64,000 nucleotides of DNA from Hypanus sabinus. Lineage: Eukaryota. Below, one piece after another: positions 39,271 through 51,039 of this stretch. Numbering within the stretch: position 1 is the first letter of the stretch; every line of letters begins with the position of its first letter. Location of the stretch: contig NC_082707.1 of assembly GCF_030144855.1 (NCBI RefSeq), forward strand, positions 88,536,001 through 88,600,000, written 5' to 3'. Made by a program: the position numbers and the translations under genes. The notes beneath the pieces are model-generated. The model made no database searches. It was not told where the DNA came from and saw only the letters and a program-made list of their open reading frames with translations.

Positions 39271-42001
39271 ATGAACCTGGTGAGGTGTCAGATCTCTCAG
39301 TGGGAGAGCATTTTGCATTGGAGAGAGAGATAGGAACAGACAAATTAAAAAAGTGTTTAGTTGGAGTAAGGGGAATTATGAGGCTATCAGGCAGGAACTT
39401 GGAAGCTTAAATTGGAAACAGATGTTCCAAGGGAAAGGTGTGGAAGAAATGTGGCAAATGTTCAGGAGATATTTGTGTGGAGTTCTGCATAGGTACGTTC
39501 CAATGAGACAGGGAAGTTATGGTAGGGTACAGGAACCATGGTGTACAAAGGATGTAATAAATCTAGTCAAGAAAAAAAGAAAAGCTTACAAAAGGTTCAG
39601 AGAGCAAGATAATGTTAGAGATATAGAAGATTGTAAGGCCCTAATAGGAAGGAGCTTAAGAAGGAAATTAGAAGAGCCAGAGGGGTCATGAGAAGACCTT
39701 GGTGGGCAGGATTAATTAAAACCCCAAGGCATTCAACAAATATGTGAAGTGCAAGAGGATAAGATGTGAAAGAATAAGACCGATCAGGTGTGACAGTGGG
39801 AAAGTGTGAATGGAACTGGAGGAAATAGCAGAGGTACTTAATGAATACTTTACTTCAGTATTCACTATGGAAAAGGATCTTGGTGATTGTAGTGATGACT
39901 TGCAGTGGACTGAAAAGCTTGAGCATGTAGCTATTAAGAAAGAGGATGAGCTGGAGCTTTTGGAAAGTATCAAATTGGGTAAATCGCTGGGACCGGATGA
40001 GATGTACCCCAGGCTACTGTGGGAAGCAAGGGAGGAGATTGCTGAGCCTCTGGCGATGATCTTTGCACCATCAATGGGGATGGGAGAGGTTCCAGAGGAT
40101 GGGAGGGTTGCGGATGTTGTTCCTTTATTCAAGAAAGTGTTAGAGATAGCCCAGGAAATTATAGACCAGAGATTCTTACTTCAGTGGCTGGTAAGTTCAT
40201 GGAGAACTTTTTTATCAACAATTGGAGAAGTATAATATGATCAGGAATGGTCAGCATGGCTTTGTCAAGGGCAGGTTGTGTCTTGTGAGCCTGATTGAAT
40301 ATTTTGAGGATGTGACTAGATGTAGTGTATATGGATTTCAGCAAGACATTTGATAAGATACCCTATGCAAGGCTTATTGAGAAAGTAAGGAGGCATGGAT
40401 TCAATGGACATTGTTTTGTGGATCCAGAACTGGCTTGCCCACAGAAGGTAAGGAATGGTTGTAGATGGGTCATATTCTGCAAGGAGGTTGGTGACCACTG
40501 ATATGCCTCAGGGATCTGTTCTGGGACCCTTACTCTTTGTTATTTTTATAAATGACCTGGATGAGGAAGTGCAGGGATGGTTTAGTAAGTTTGCTGATGA
40601 CACAAAGCATGGGGGTGTTGTGGATAGTGTGGAGGGCTGTCAGAAGCTACAGTGGGATATTGATGATGCAAAACTGGGCTGAGAAGTGGCAGATTGAGTT
40701 CAACCCAGATGAGTGTGAAGTGGTTCATTTTGTTAGGTCAAGTATGATGGCAGAATATAGCATTAATGGTAACACTCTTGGCAATGTAAAGGATCATAGG
40801 GATCTTGGGGTCCAAGTCCATGGGACACTTAAAGTTGCTGCACAGGTTGACTCTGTGGTTAAGAAGGCATACAGTGTATTGGCTTTCATCAATTGTGGGA
40901 TTGAGTTTAGGAGCTGAGAGGTAATGTTGCAGCTATATAGGACCCTGGTCAGACCACACTTGGAGTATTGTGCTCAGTTTTGGTCACCTCACTACAGGAA
41001 GGATGTGAAAACCATAGAAAGGGTGCAGAGGAGGTTTACAAGGATGTTGTCTGGATTGGGGAACATAACTTATCAAGACAGGTTGAATGAACTCGGCCTT
41101 TTTTCCTTGGAGCGACGGAGGATGAGAAGTGACCTGATAGAGGTGTACAAGATGATGAGAGGCATTGATCATGTGGATAGTCAGAGGCTTTTCCCCAGGG
41201 TTGAAATGCATGCCACACGAGGGCACAGGTTTAAGTTGCTTAGGAGGAGGTGCAGAGGAGATGTCAGGGGTACGTTTTTTTATGCAGAGAGTGGTGAGTG
41301 TGTGTAATGATCTGTCGACAACGGTGGTGGAGGCGCACTTTTGAGAGACTCTTGGATAGGTACAATAAGCTTAGAAAAATAGAGGGCTATGGGTAACCCT
41401 GGTAATTGCTAACATAGGACATGTTCAGCACAAATTTGTGGGCTGAAGGGCCTGTATTGTGCTGTAGGTTTTCTACGTTTCTATTAAAGCAGTGGACATT
41501 TCTGTATGGCACAAGGTAGACAACTTATTTTTTCATGTATTGGAGCTCTGTTCATGCAATGACAAATCAAACACCAACAATGCTGTTCATGAGCAGTAAT
41601 CTGAGAAGCAGCAATAGCATCAAGATTGGACAGGAACTCCTAGTGCTTAATCACTGAGAGGGCAAGTGGACACCTGATAGGATAGCTAGAAGGAGTGGAA
41701 CATCAATATACATACTGGATGCTGGAAATCTGTCATGGAGACATCATGTGGACCAGATACTGGATTCTCAATTGAAGATCACACCTGAGTTGATTTAATC
41801 CAACAAGATGAACATATTACAGCCACTGGACTTACGTCCCAGTGATGATCATGATAACTGACAGCAATGTGACACCAGCAACTGAGAATGTCGCCTTGGA
41901 CAAGTTACTTACCAAACCTAACGTCACTCCACAGGTCCAGGGGCACTGTGAGAATGTTACCATTGTCAAGACAACTGCCAAACCTGATGCCACTCCACAG
42001 A

Positions 42002-42222
42002 TCTCTCTCTCCCTCTCTTTCTCTCTCTCTCTTCCCCCTCTTTCTCTCTCTCTATCCCTCCAACTCTCTCCTCCTTTCTCTTCCTCTCTCTTGCCCTCTC
42101 TCTCTCTAGCACTCACTCTTTCTCTCTCCCTCTCTATAGCTCTCTCTCTAACTCACTCATTCTCTCTCTTCCCCTTTTACACATCTCTCTCTCTCCCTCT
42201 AACTCACACACTCTCTCCCCCT
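42002..42222. repeat. degenerate (CT)n low-complexity tract
   Basis: Directly visible. Confidence 0.95.
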
Positions 42223-42579
42223 AACACCAGCTAAGGCCATCTCCCGCATATGTGCTTTATTTTAATTGATACGCTGCTGCACACACACAACAGATGCCAA
42301 AAGGGTGTCACTTGTTCCCAAATGAATTTTCACCAATTTTAAGCTTTCATTATTCCTATATTATTTTTATCTACTTCTCTCTGCCTCCCATACACACAAT
42401 CGGTACCCTGAATGTGCTGTGTATACCGAGAGTGAGAGAAGCTTTTTAATATGTAACGCCTCAATACCTTTGTGCCACAGAGGCTGTGTACAGTCTCACT
42501 TTTACCTTTTAATATCAAAGCAATCTCCTGTCCTTGAATTAATGCAATTGTTGTTCAGATGGTTCAAGCATGATTTATT

Positions 42580-42836
42580 GTAGCAAACACAAGGAAATCT
42601 GGAGATTTTCTGGACTTCCTGGACATTTAGATACTCTGGAAATTCAAGCAACACACACAAATTGCTGGTGGAACTCAGATGGCCAGGCAGCATCTATCGG
42701 GAGAAGTACAGTCGTTGTTTCAGGCCAAGACCCTTTGTTAGGACTGACGAAGGGTCTCGGCCTGAAACGGTGACTACTTCTTCCTATAGATGCTGCCTGG
42801 CCTGCTGCATTCCACCAGCATTTTGTGTGTGTTGCA
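42580..42836. mobile_element. Penelope-derived inverted repeat with abutting hammerhead-like cores
   Basis: Arms gcaacacacacaaa.. / ..ttttgtgtgtgttgc; core ctgacgaagggtctcggcctgaaac at 42744-42768. Confidence 0.75.
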
Positions 42837-43221
42837 TGATTTATTATAGATGATTTTAGACTACAGTTTGAGATTGAGCCAGTTTGAACCTGTTACAAAC
42901 TTCCTCTGTCAGATAACAACCCTGTGGAAAATCCCTTTATCTCTCTGTTACATGATTATCTGTGTTTCTCTCTTTGCCGTGATAGAGCCAAGTAAGTTCT
43001 TTTTGCCACCTGTCACCTGGGAAAGTAACCATAAGAATACATACTTTCCTCGTGTTCTTCGTTGCTCTGTTCCCATACTCTCTATAACAATATTTATCAT
43101 CTCCTGATAAGGCTCCAGGATACTTACTTCACTCAGCAATTCACCTTTTCTCCTGTTTTGCTCATGTCAGTCATATATTGATAACCCTGTGCTATCACTC
43201 ACCTTTACCCTTTACCCTAGC

Positions 43222-43766
43222 TGTTTGTCTTTATTAAGAACAAACATAACATGGTTTCAGAAGTCAGCGTGAGGAATAAACATGAAGAGTAAATATATTC
43301 TGAGTGATTATGAAAGAGACTCTGGATTCCAACAGACAGAAGCTACCTGCCAGAGAGCACATTGTGTCCTGAAACTGCTGTTGTTCACTGAATTCACCAA
43401 GAGAGATTCAACAGAGAGCTAGAAAATTCAGTAATGGATAAGCTGTCCTCCCACACCTATGAAGTTACCGGCAATCTAACTGATAATTGGAAACACTTCA
43501 AACAGCAACTCAATATATATTTAGCAGTGAGCCGAACTGGTGGGGGGGAGGGGGAGGCAGAGGAAAAATTGAAAGCATCTACATTTCTACATGTAATTGA
43601 TGAGAATGCTTTGGACATCTATGACAGCTATCAAATTGACAAGACAGCCTTGACATTGGACATTCTGATGACAAAATTCGAGGAGTATTTTGTTCCAAGT
43701 AAGAACATCACTTTTAAAGGATGCAAGTTATTTTCCTGTTACCAGAAACAAGGTGTTATCTTTGGG
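43222..43766 (+). mobile_element. Gypsy 5' LTR end, PBS and gag N-terminus
   Basis: LTR end tttgtctttattaagaacaaacataaca matches ~17687-17714; PBS-like tggtttcagaagt; gag TGNLTDNWKHFKQQLNIYL..KFEEYFVP. Confidence 0.8.
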
Positions 43767-45109
43767 GAATAGATTGGGATGCGAATTTTGGAAAGATGTA
43801 AAATTTTGGAACAGTTATTGTTATGTATCTTTCCTGATATTGACTGGCATCTTTTTTATGCAAAAGGATTAGATGGGGTGCAATTTTTCCAGAAGGATTC
43901 CTGATGAACTACGTGGAGAAGAGGGGAGGCCATACTAGATCTGGTGCTAGTGTGATGGCATTGGGTTCACTATCTGTTAGGCCCTAAATGACACATTTAA
44001 ATTCAGACAAATAGTTCTTACACAGATTTAAAACTCACAGAGGATTTCTAATTTAAAAAATATTTGTGAATTTGGAAAGATACAAAAACTGCAAAGGATG
44101 TCCAAACACAGGTACAATTCTGAGGAACTAGAAGAACCTACCAGCAAGTTGCAGACAAACGAGTCATCCGTCTCAGAAAACAAAAGTAATAGAGTCATTG
44201 AGAAATACCCCATGGAAGCAGATCCTTCAGCCCATCTAGCCTGCGCCAAACAATTTAACCTGTCCAGACCCATCAACCTGCACCCAGATGATGGCCATCC
44301 GTAACCCTATTATCCATGTACCTAACGAACTTGTCTGCATTAAATTCCTTCTGCCATTTCTCAGCCCATTTTTACAGCTGAAAACCTCTGCAAGCCATAA
44401 TGGACTTCCTCACTGTCCACTAAACATCCAAACTTGGTATCATCTGCAAATCTACTGATTCACTCACCACATTATCATTCAGATTATTCATATAGATCAC
44501 GAGCAACAACAGACCCAGCACAAATCCCTGTGGCATTCCATCAGTCACAGGTCTCCAATCGGACAGGCAACCACCTCCTACCACTCTGTGGCTTCTCGGA
44601 CAAAGGCCATTTCTAATCCAATGTACGACCTCATCCTGAATGTCATGTGACTGAACCTTCCTGACCAAACTCCCTTGAGGGGCCTTGCCAAATACCTTGA
44701 TAAAGTACATGTTGTCAACATCCACTTCCACATTCACTTGTCTTCATCAACTTTCCTGGTAACTTCCTTGAAAAACTCAATAAGATTGGTTAGACACATG
44801 CACAAAGCCATGCCAACTATCCCTGCTCTGTACTGTATATCCAAATATATGCTGTCCCTTAGAATACATTCCAATAATGTTCCCATGACTGATGTCAGGC
44901 TCATTGGCCTATAATTCCAGGTGTTGATCCATGCTAGGCTCATCTATCTTCTCTACGATACTTATTGCATTGAAATATCTGCAGATCAGGACATTAGTCA
45001 CAGCATGCTCAATCTTTTGATTCCTGACATTGTCTGAAGTTTTAACATCTGTCTCCACAACTTCTCCACTATCTGATCTGGAACGTTGGTTCCTCCAGTT
45101 TAGCTCCAG

Positions 45110-45800
45110 GAGGAGGAGAAAATGGCGGCGCGACGCAGCGCGCGCGGTCTCTCTGGAGAATGGATTTCTGTTACTTGTTCAGTAGGGATCTGTGCACAAT
45201 CCTGATTTGATGGAGGCAGACGTGAGAGCGTGGAGGAACATCTGGGGAATCTTCTGAAATGCCCGCTTCGCTGCCGCTGCTACTGTGTGGTCCAGAATCT
45301 CCGGAGGAGAAGGCCTCCGAGACCTCGGCTTTGCTCATTTCGGCGGACGGGACGAGGTCAAAGGCGCTCGGCAGAGGATGGCGCTCGGGAGGCTGTATTG
45401 GAGGGGCTAGTCGGAGGCTCAAAGTTTTTGGATGGACTCAGAGCCTGCTGTTGTTGGGTGCTTCCAAGGGCAGTAGTTGTAAGTGCCTGGAAGGTTATGG
45501 CAGGGAGAGTTTCTCCCTTTTGCTGCCTGATATCAGGAATATTGGAGTCGATCAGGACTTGAGACGTTTTTTTTAAACTGTGCCCAAACTCTGCTTTTAT
45601 CACATTATGGTATTGCTTTGCACTGCTGTAACTATATGCTATAATTATGTAGTTTTGTTAGTGTGAGTCTTTGGTTTGTCCTTTTTTTATTTTGTGATAT
45701 CACTGTGGAGAAACATTGTATTATTTCTTAATGCATGCATGAATTTCTAAATGACAATAAACAAGGACTGAGTGTCCTCATAACCTAATCTAATCTAACT
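45110..45800 (+). mobile_element. young CpG-rich non-autonomous retroelement with (ctaat)n tail
   Basis: GC-rich 5' end aatggcggcgcgacgc, aataaa, then a ctaatctaatctaac tail. Confidence 0.55.
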
Positions 45801-47064
45801 ATTGTGCCCCCCCACCACCATGTGCAGCTGCAAACCATCTCTTTGTCCCGGCTGCACCTTCTGTTTGAAGGTTTAGGAACAAATCTAGTGCTTTCGATCA
45901 CTCTTCTCATTACTAACAATCCCCAGTGCTTCTAACATTTATACCAGCTGACAGGGAATGGTTTTCAGATACTTTTGCTGGGACAAAGTAATTTACACAG
46001 ATGGCCTAAAAGCTTCTGGAGACAGCGATCCCTGACATGAAAAATTAATGTTGTGACGGCTGACTCTCTGAGTACAAAAATATCCCAACTATTGATTGAT
46101 CAGCTGTACCTGTGACTGTGTTTGATGTGTCCATGGACAACGTCAGTCTGATCTGCAAACTTCCTTGAAATAAATACCTGGTTTTGCCTGGTTGGATGTA
46201 GGCCAATTATCATAACCTCATTCTCTTATATAGATGAAACATCAGTCTGCAGAACTTCATTTTTTACTTGTCTACAACAAGAAAATTAACGAAAAATTCT
46301 GGTTAGAAGTTTAACTTTGTCACAAACAACTCTGAGTTTTAGAAAGTCATGCAGCTGTGAGAAAGCTGTGGTTAACAGATAAATCTCTTGGGACATGAAA
46401 GGTGAAAATCTGCCACACTAGGCAATGAATCAGGTCAGGTTCATTATCTCTCAGTGGGTGAGCATTTTGGAGACAGATACCACAAATCAGAATCAGAATC
46501 AGGTTTAAAATCACTGGTGTATGTTGTGAAATTTGTCGTTATGTGGGAACAGTACAGTACATACATAATAATAAACACTGTAGATTACAGTATATATATA
46601 TATATATATATATGTTTATTTATTTATTAAAAAGTTAAATTGAATAAGAGGCAAAAATTAGTGCATTATTTTGTGTGGTGGGGCAGAGATACAACTCGAC
46701 CAAAGGAGATGTAAGCTGGCCTTCTATCTGCTACTTGCAGGTCACCCTTGAGTAAGCTGTAACATCTGCTTAGCACCCTGGTCAGGGACATGTGAAGCCA
46801 TGGGAGCTGGTCATGGATGATCCTGTGAGTAGCTGGTACATATCACAAATCTTGGTTCTGTATCAACTGACACCAGCAAACGATCTCTGAAGAGTGTTGA
46901 TAATTGCTGGGGTCACACATCTTGTATAGACACTGCCCAAAAGAAGGTAATGACAAGCCATTTCTGCAGAATTACTTAACTGGAACAATAATGGTCATGA
47001 GACCATGTTCACCTCTGATATACGACACAGCATATAATGATAATGATGACTGGAATCAGTGAAA

Positions 47065-47670
47065 AAGGGTGTCCTGAAAGATATTGACCCCCAGCAACTT
47101 GAAATTGCTCACCCTTTCCACAACTGATCCCTTGATGAGGACTGGTGTGTTCCCTCATCTTCCCCCTTCTAAATCCACAATCAGTTCTTCAGTCTTACTG
47201 ACATTGAGTGCAAGGTTATTCCTGCAACATCACTCAACTATGTGATCTATTTTGGTCCTGTAAGCCTTCTCGTCATCATCTGAAATTCTGCCAACAGTAG
47301 TTAAATGGTCAGCAAATTTATCATGACATTTGAGCTATGTCTGGCCACACAGTCATGGGGTTTGGAGAGAGCAGAGCAGTGGACTAAGCACACATCCCCG
47401 AGGTGCAGCAGTGTTGACTATCAGCAAGGTGGAGATGTTATTTATGATCTGCACAGACTGTGGTTATCCAGTGAGGAATTTGAGAATCCAATTGCAGAGG
47501 GAAGTACAGAGGTGCAGATTTTGTAGGTTTTGTGATCAGATCTATAGAAATGATGGTGTTAAACACTGAGCTGTAGTCAATAAACAGCATCCTGACGTAA
47601 GTACTAGTATTGTCCAGGTGATCGAAGGCCACATGAAGAGCCAAGAATGTTATAGATCCAGCCATCTGCA
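47065..47670 (-). mobile_element. Rex1/Babar LINE RT fragment
   Basis: [29 protein letters not shown]. Confidence 0.8.
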
Positions 47671-47956
47671 GACTATAAATCTCCTGTTCACCCACAGTTT
47701 TTGGTTTGGATATGTACAATATGTTCTCATAGGCACATACAGGTCTTAATGAAGTCAATGAGTGGGTTAATGTGGATTTTGTTTTGAAGCACATGGTGGA
47801 AAGTTACCTCTCTCCATCTACTCTTTATTTGCTCTTGAATCAACAGTACCTGTGAGTCCCAAACACGAGGAAACCTGCAGATGCTGGAAATTCAAACAAC
47901 ACACACAAAATGCTGGTGGAACACAGCAGGCCAGGCAGCATCTATAGGAGAAGCAC

Positions 47957-47991
47957 TGTCGACGTTTCGGGCCGAGACCCTTCGTCAGGAG
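47957..47991 (-). ncRNA. minimal type I hammerhead ribozyme motif (Penelope-type)
   Basis: Reverse complement reads tc-CTGACGA-a-gggtctcggccc-GAAA-c-GTC^gac; helix I is only ~2 bp. Confidence 0.65.
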
Positions 47992-48219
47992 TAACTGAAA
48001 GGAAAAATACTAAGAGATTTGAAAGTAGGAGGGGGAGGGGGAATTGCAAAATGATAGGAGAAGACCGGAGGGTGTGAGATGAAGCTAAGAGCTGGAAAGA
48101 TGATTGGTAAAAGTAAAAGCTCTTAGCTTCATCCCACCCCCGCCAGTCTTTTCCTATCATTTCGCATTTCCCCCTCCCCCTCCTACTTTCAAATCTCTTA
48201 GTATCTTTTATTTCAGTTA

Positions 48220-48253
48220 GTCCTGACGAAGGGTCTCGGCCTGAAACGTCGAC
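48220..48253 (+). ncRNA. minimal type I hammerhead ribozyme motif (Penelope-type)
   Basis: gtc-CTGACGA-a-gggtctcggcct-GAAA-c-GTC^gac: intact core, palindromic ACGT helix III, short helix I (gtc/gac). Predicted cut after 48250. Confidence 0.7.
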
Positions 48254-48331
48254 AGTGCTTCTCCTATAGATGCTGCCTGGCCTGCTGTGTTCCACCAGCA
48301 TTTTGTGTGTGATATCTGTGACTCTTAAGTT

Positions 48332-48960
48332 TTGTTAATACAGTGGATTAATACATGGGAAAATAGAATCCCTATCATGGATAACAAATCTGAGGAAGAA
48401 AGCTCTATCATAAACACTGATAGACAATGCCTGGTCCTAAAGAAACTTTATTCAGTAAGGAAATGCAAAGGATTTAGAGAAAAACATCTTGCAGACTGTA
48501 GGGGCTTTCTGGAGGAGCATTCAATATGTTTCCAGTGTTGTGCTTCAACAGCACACCAAACCAAAGACTGTAATGCTACCATACATTGCACTGGGTGGAA
48601 CTGTGACCGCTACATTTCAGCATGTCATTCAGGGCCAGCAACTTGGGCTTCTGGTTCTAGAACACCCACAGCTCAGCACGACAGGGAGCCAGCTGAACAT
48701 TCATCAGATGTAGATACCTACCCATGCACAGAGGTATGTGCGAAAGGGCTCCAAGGCAAATCCTACTCTAAAATATGTCTAAATAACATCTACATGAAAG
48801 GGCATTCTGAGGAAAAAAGAAAAACACGTGTGTTATCAGATGATCAGAAAAACATGTCCTGGGTGAAATCAGCATTCTTTGCCACATTCAGCATTCAAAG
48901 TTCTGTTTCCCCAGACACTGGAAAGACATGTTCTGGTACATGAGAAGTTATTGGAAGAAG
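48332..48960 (+). mobile_element. BEL/Pao LTR retrotransposon gag-protease remnant
   Basis: Zn-knuckle series C..RKC, CFQCCASTAHQTKDC, HCTGWNCDR..ACH, then SKICL and a VLSDDQKNMS protease-like motif. Confidence 0.7.
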
Positions 48961-51039
48961 ATTGCAAACAATTCTAAACATAAACTTCACAGTCTATGCA
49001 GTTATGTGTATATGTGCACATGACAATAAACTTGATTTTGAAGGATGAGGAGAAACGTGCAGTGTAGGGTAGACGGGGCAGGTTTGGTGTTGTTGGTGAA
49101 GGATCTGTAAGCAGAGACAGGTCAAGAACATTGTCGAGCACATTTTCTCATAAGGCCTGACCTGTCAGGCATTTTCAGCAGTGTGTGTTTTGTATCTTAC
49201 AGATTCAGTGTAGTGTTTCCCATTACACTCCTTTCCCTCGATTTACTCCTCCTCCAGACAGATTCATTAAGATTAACAAGCCCTGACTCCCGGATTAATA
49301 TATGTTGTTCAGTCTCTGTCTCCACTACATTGCAAACATTTATTCCTCCCTCCTAATTCACAGCAACTTCCAACATTTCCGGATTCAGAAGTGTTGTTCC
49401 CAAGTCAAACAAAATGGAAAAGTTTTGTGTGAAATTCGTGCTGAGATCAGCAAAACTCTCGTTTTAACTAAGGGCAGACATGAACTGGAGAACTTGCAGA
49501 ATTCAGCAAACGAAATATCATTGGAACAATCTAGGCAACAAAAGAGTTGAAACCAACAATATTTCTCAACAGCAGTTTTACATTCAGTAAAGAAATCAGA
49601 CTTCTCTGTCTTTATCAATCATTGGTGCTGAATCAAGTGTCAGCTTTATCTCAGTCTTTCGTGCTCTCAACTTCTGAGCTAGAGGACAAAGTTTGCTTCT
49701 GGTATTTTAAAGTTTCCGTGCCACCACAAAGAGCCATACTCAGAGCAGTCCTCTGCCTGCAATCACTTGGGATATTGTGAAATTATGGAAAAGATAAATT
49801 AAAAACAATTTTCTTTCCTTCCCACTCCTTGTCTTTGATGGTGTCTGTCAGTGAAAGGCATTAGAGGCAGATGGTAATTGCTTTATATCCTTGATTCATG
49901 GCTGATAGTTTTCTCCATTGGACAACCCCCTGATCTGCTCCCCCAAGTGATCAGATGTGGGAAAGAATTCTCTCTGAGATTAAATGAGCTCACAATGTTC
50001 TACTCCCATTCAGCTATATGAAATTGAATGAGATACATTTTAATTGTTGCTTACATGTAATATTGTTCTAGTATTTCTGTTCCTGTTGATTTCCTTCACA
50101 TTTTTATTGATACTTAGAAAAACAACGCTAAAGTTATTTGGATTTTATGTACACCTTTTAGCTGACAATGTCAAAACAAATCAAGGTGTGACAAATAAAA
50201 GATATTTTTCCAAATAATTTGCAAACCACAACATAACTACAAAGGAAGGTGTTAAAAAATCAATGCTACCCACCTGAAGTAATGTGGCTGAATCTGTGAT
50301 GCAATTCTGTGAGTCTGTTCAAGAGTCTGGTTGTACGTTCAAGATGGGGTAACAAATTCACATACTAAACAGTGAATTTATTCTCCAAACATCAAGGTGT
50401 AATACCATGAGGAAGAACTACATAAATAAGAATGAGCAGTCACATAAGGTGACAATCTTAAAAGGTGAAACGAAGGTGGTGAAGAAGGAATAAAATAAGC
50501 TGATAGAAGATCAGTAACTTGCAACACTAGCTCTATTTCTCTCTCTGTGGAAGTTGTCTGATCTGCTGAGGATTTCTAGCACTTTCAGTTTTAAATTGGA
50601 ATTTCTGACATCTGCATTTCTTAATGCGTTTCAAAAAATGGAGACATCGCAAGTTCAAAATGGGCCCAGAGGTGAGGAGCAAAGGCAAACGATAGGAATA
50701 AACAAAAGGATGTGATCCCATGGAAACAAGAGCGATTCAAAGTTAAATGAGAGGATCAGTGTGAACGGAATTAGTAATCATCTGTGAAGTAACAAAAAAT
50801 GAAAATCAAAATATGCAGATGCTGTAAAACTGAAACCGGACAGTTTGACTCCATCTGTTGAAAGAGAAACACTCAATACCACCTGTGATTCAGACAACAC
50901 AGAATATCGATCATTACAGCACAGTGCAGGCTCTTTGGCCCTTGATGTTGTGCTGACGTTGGTGTTGTTCACAAATTGGTTAACATTATTGAAGCTGAAC
51001 TTAACCACATACTTGTGAGTAGTAAAGGACTGACTGAGG

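Larger units (their letters stand above)
33820..41484 (+). mobile_element. near full-length degenerate CR1 LINE (element A) hosting two insertions
   Basis: 5'UTR; decayed ORF1 Zn finger and esterase; endonuclease LRCVYFNTRS..ITETW; RT PQGSVLGP/KFADDT; 3'UTR ending gttttctacgtttctat. Broken at 35904 and resumes at ~39271 (EPGEVSDLSVGEHF). Confidence 0.9.
47861..48311. mobile_element. Penelope-derived fold-back element (arms 47900-48093 and 48118-48311)
   Basis: Two ~194-nt arms are reverse complements with scattered mismatches, separated by a 24-nt spacer. Confidence 0.88.

Noticed and set aside
41832-42234. ORFs with RE/SL repeats (also 4605-4947 with CV repeats)
   Set aside because: Microsatellite translations.
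45120-45450. CpG island or promoter
   Set aside because: Part of a young retroelement with a simple-repeat tail, sitting next to a CR1 remnant.
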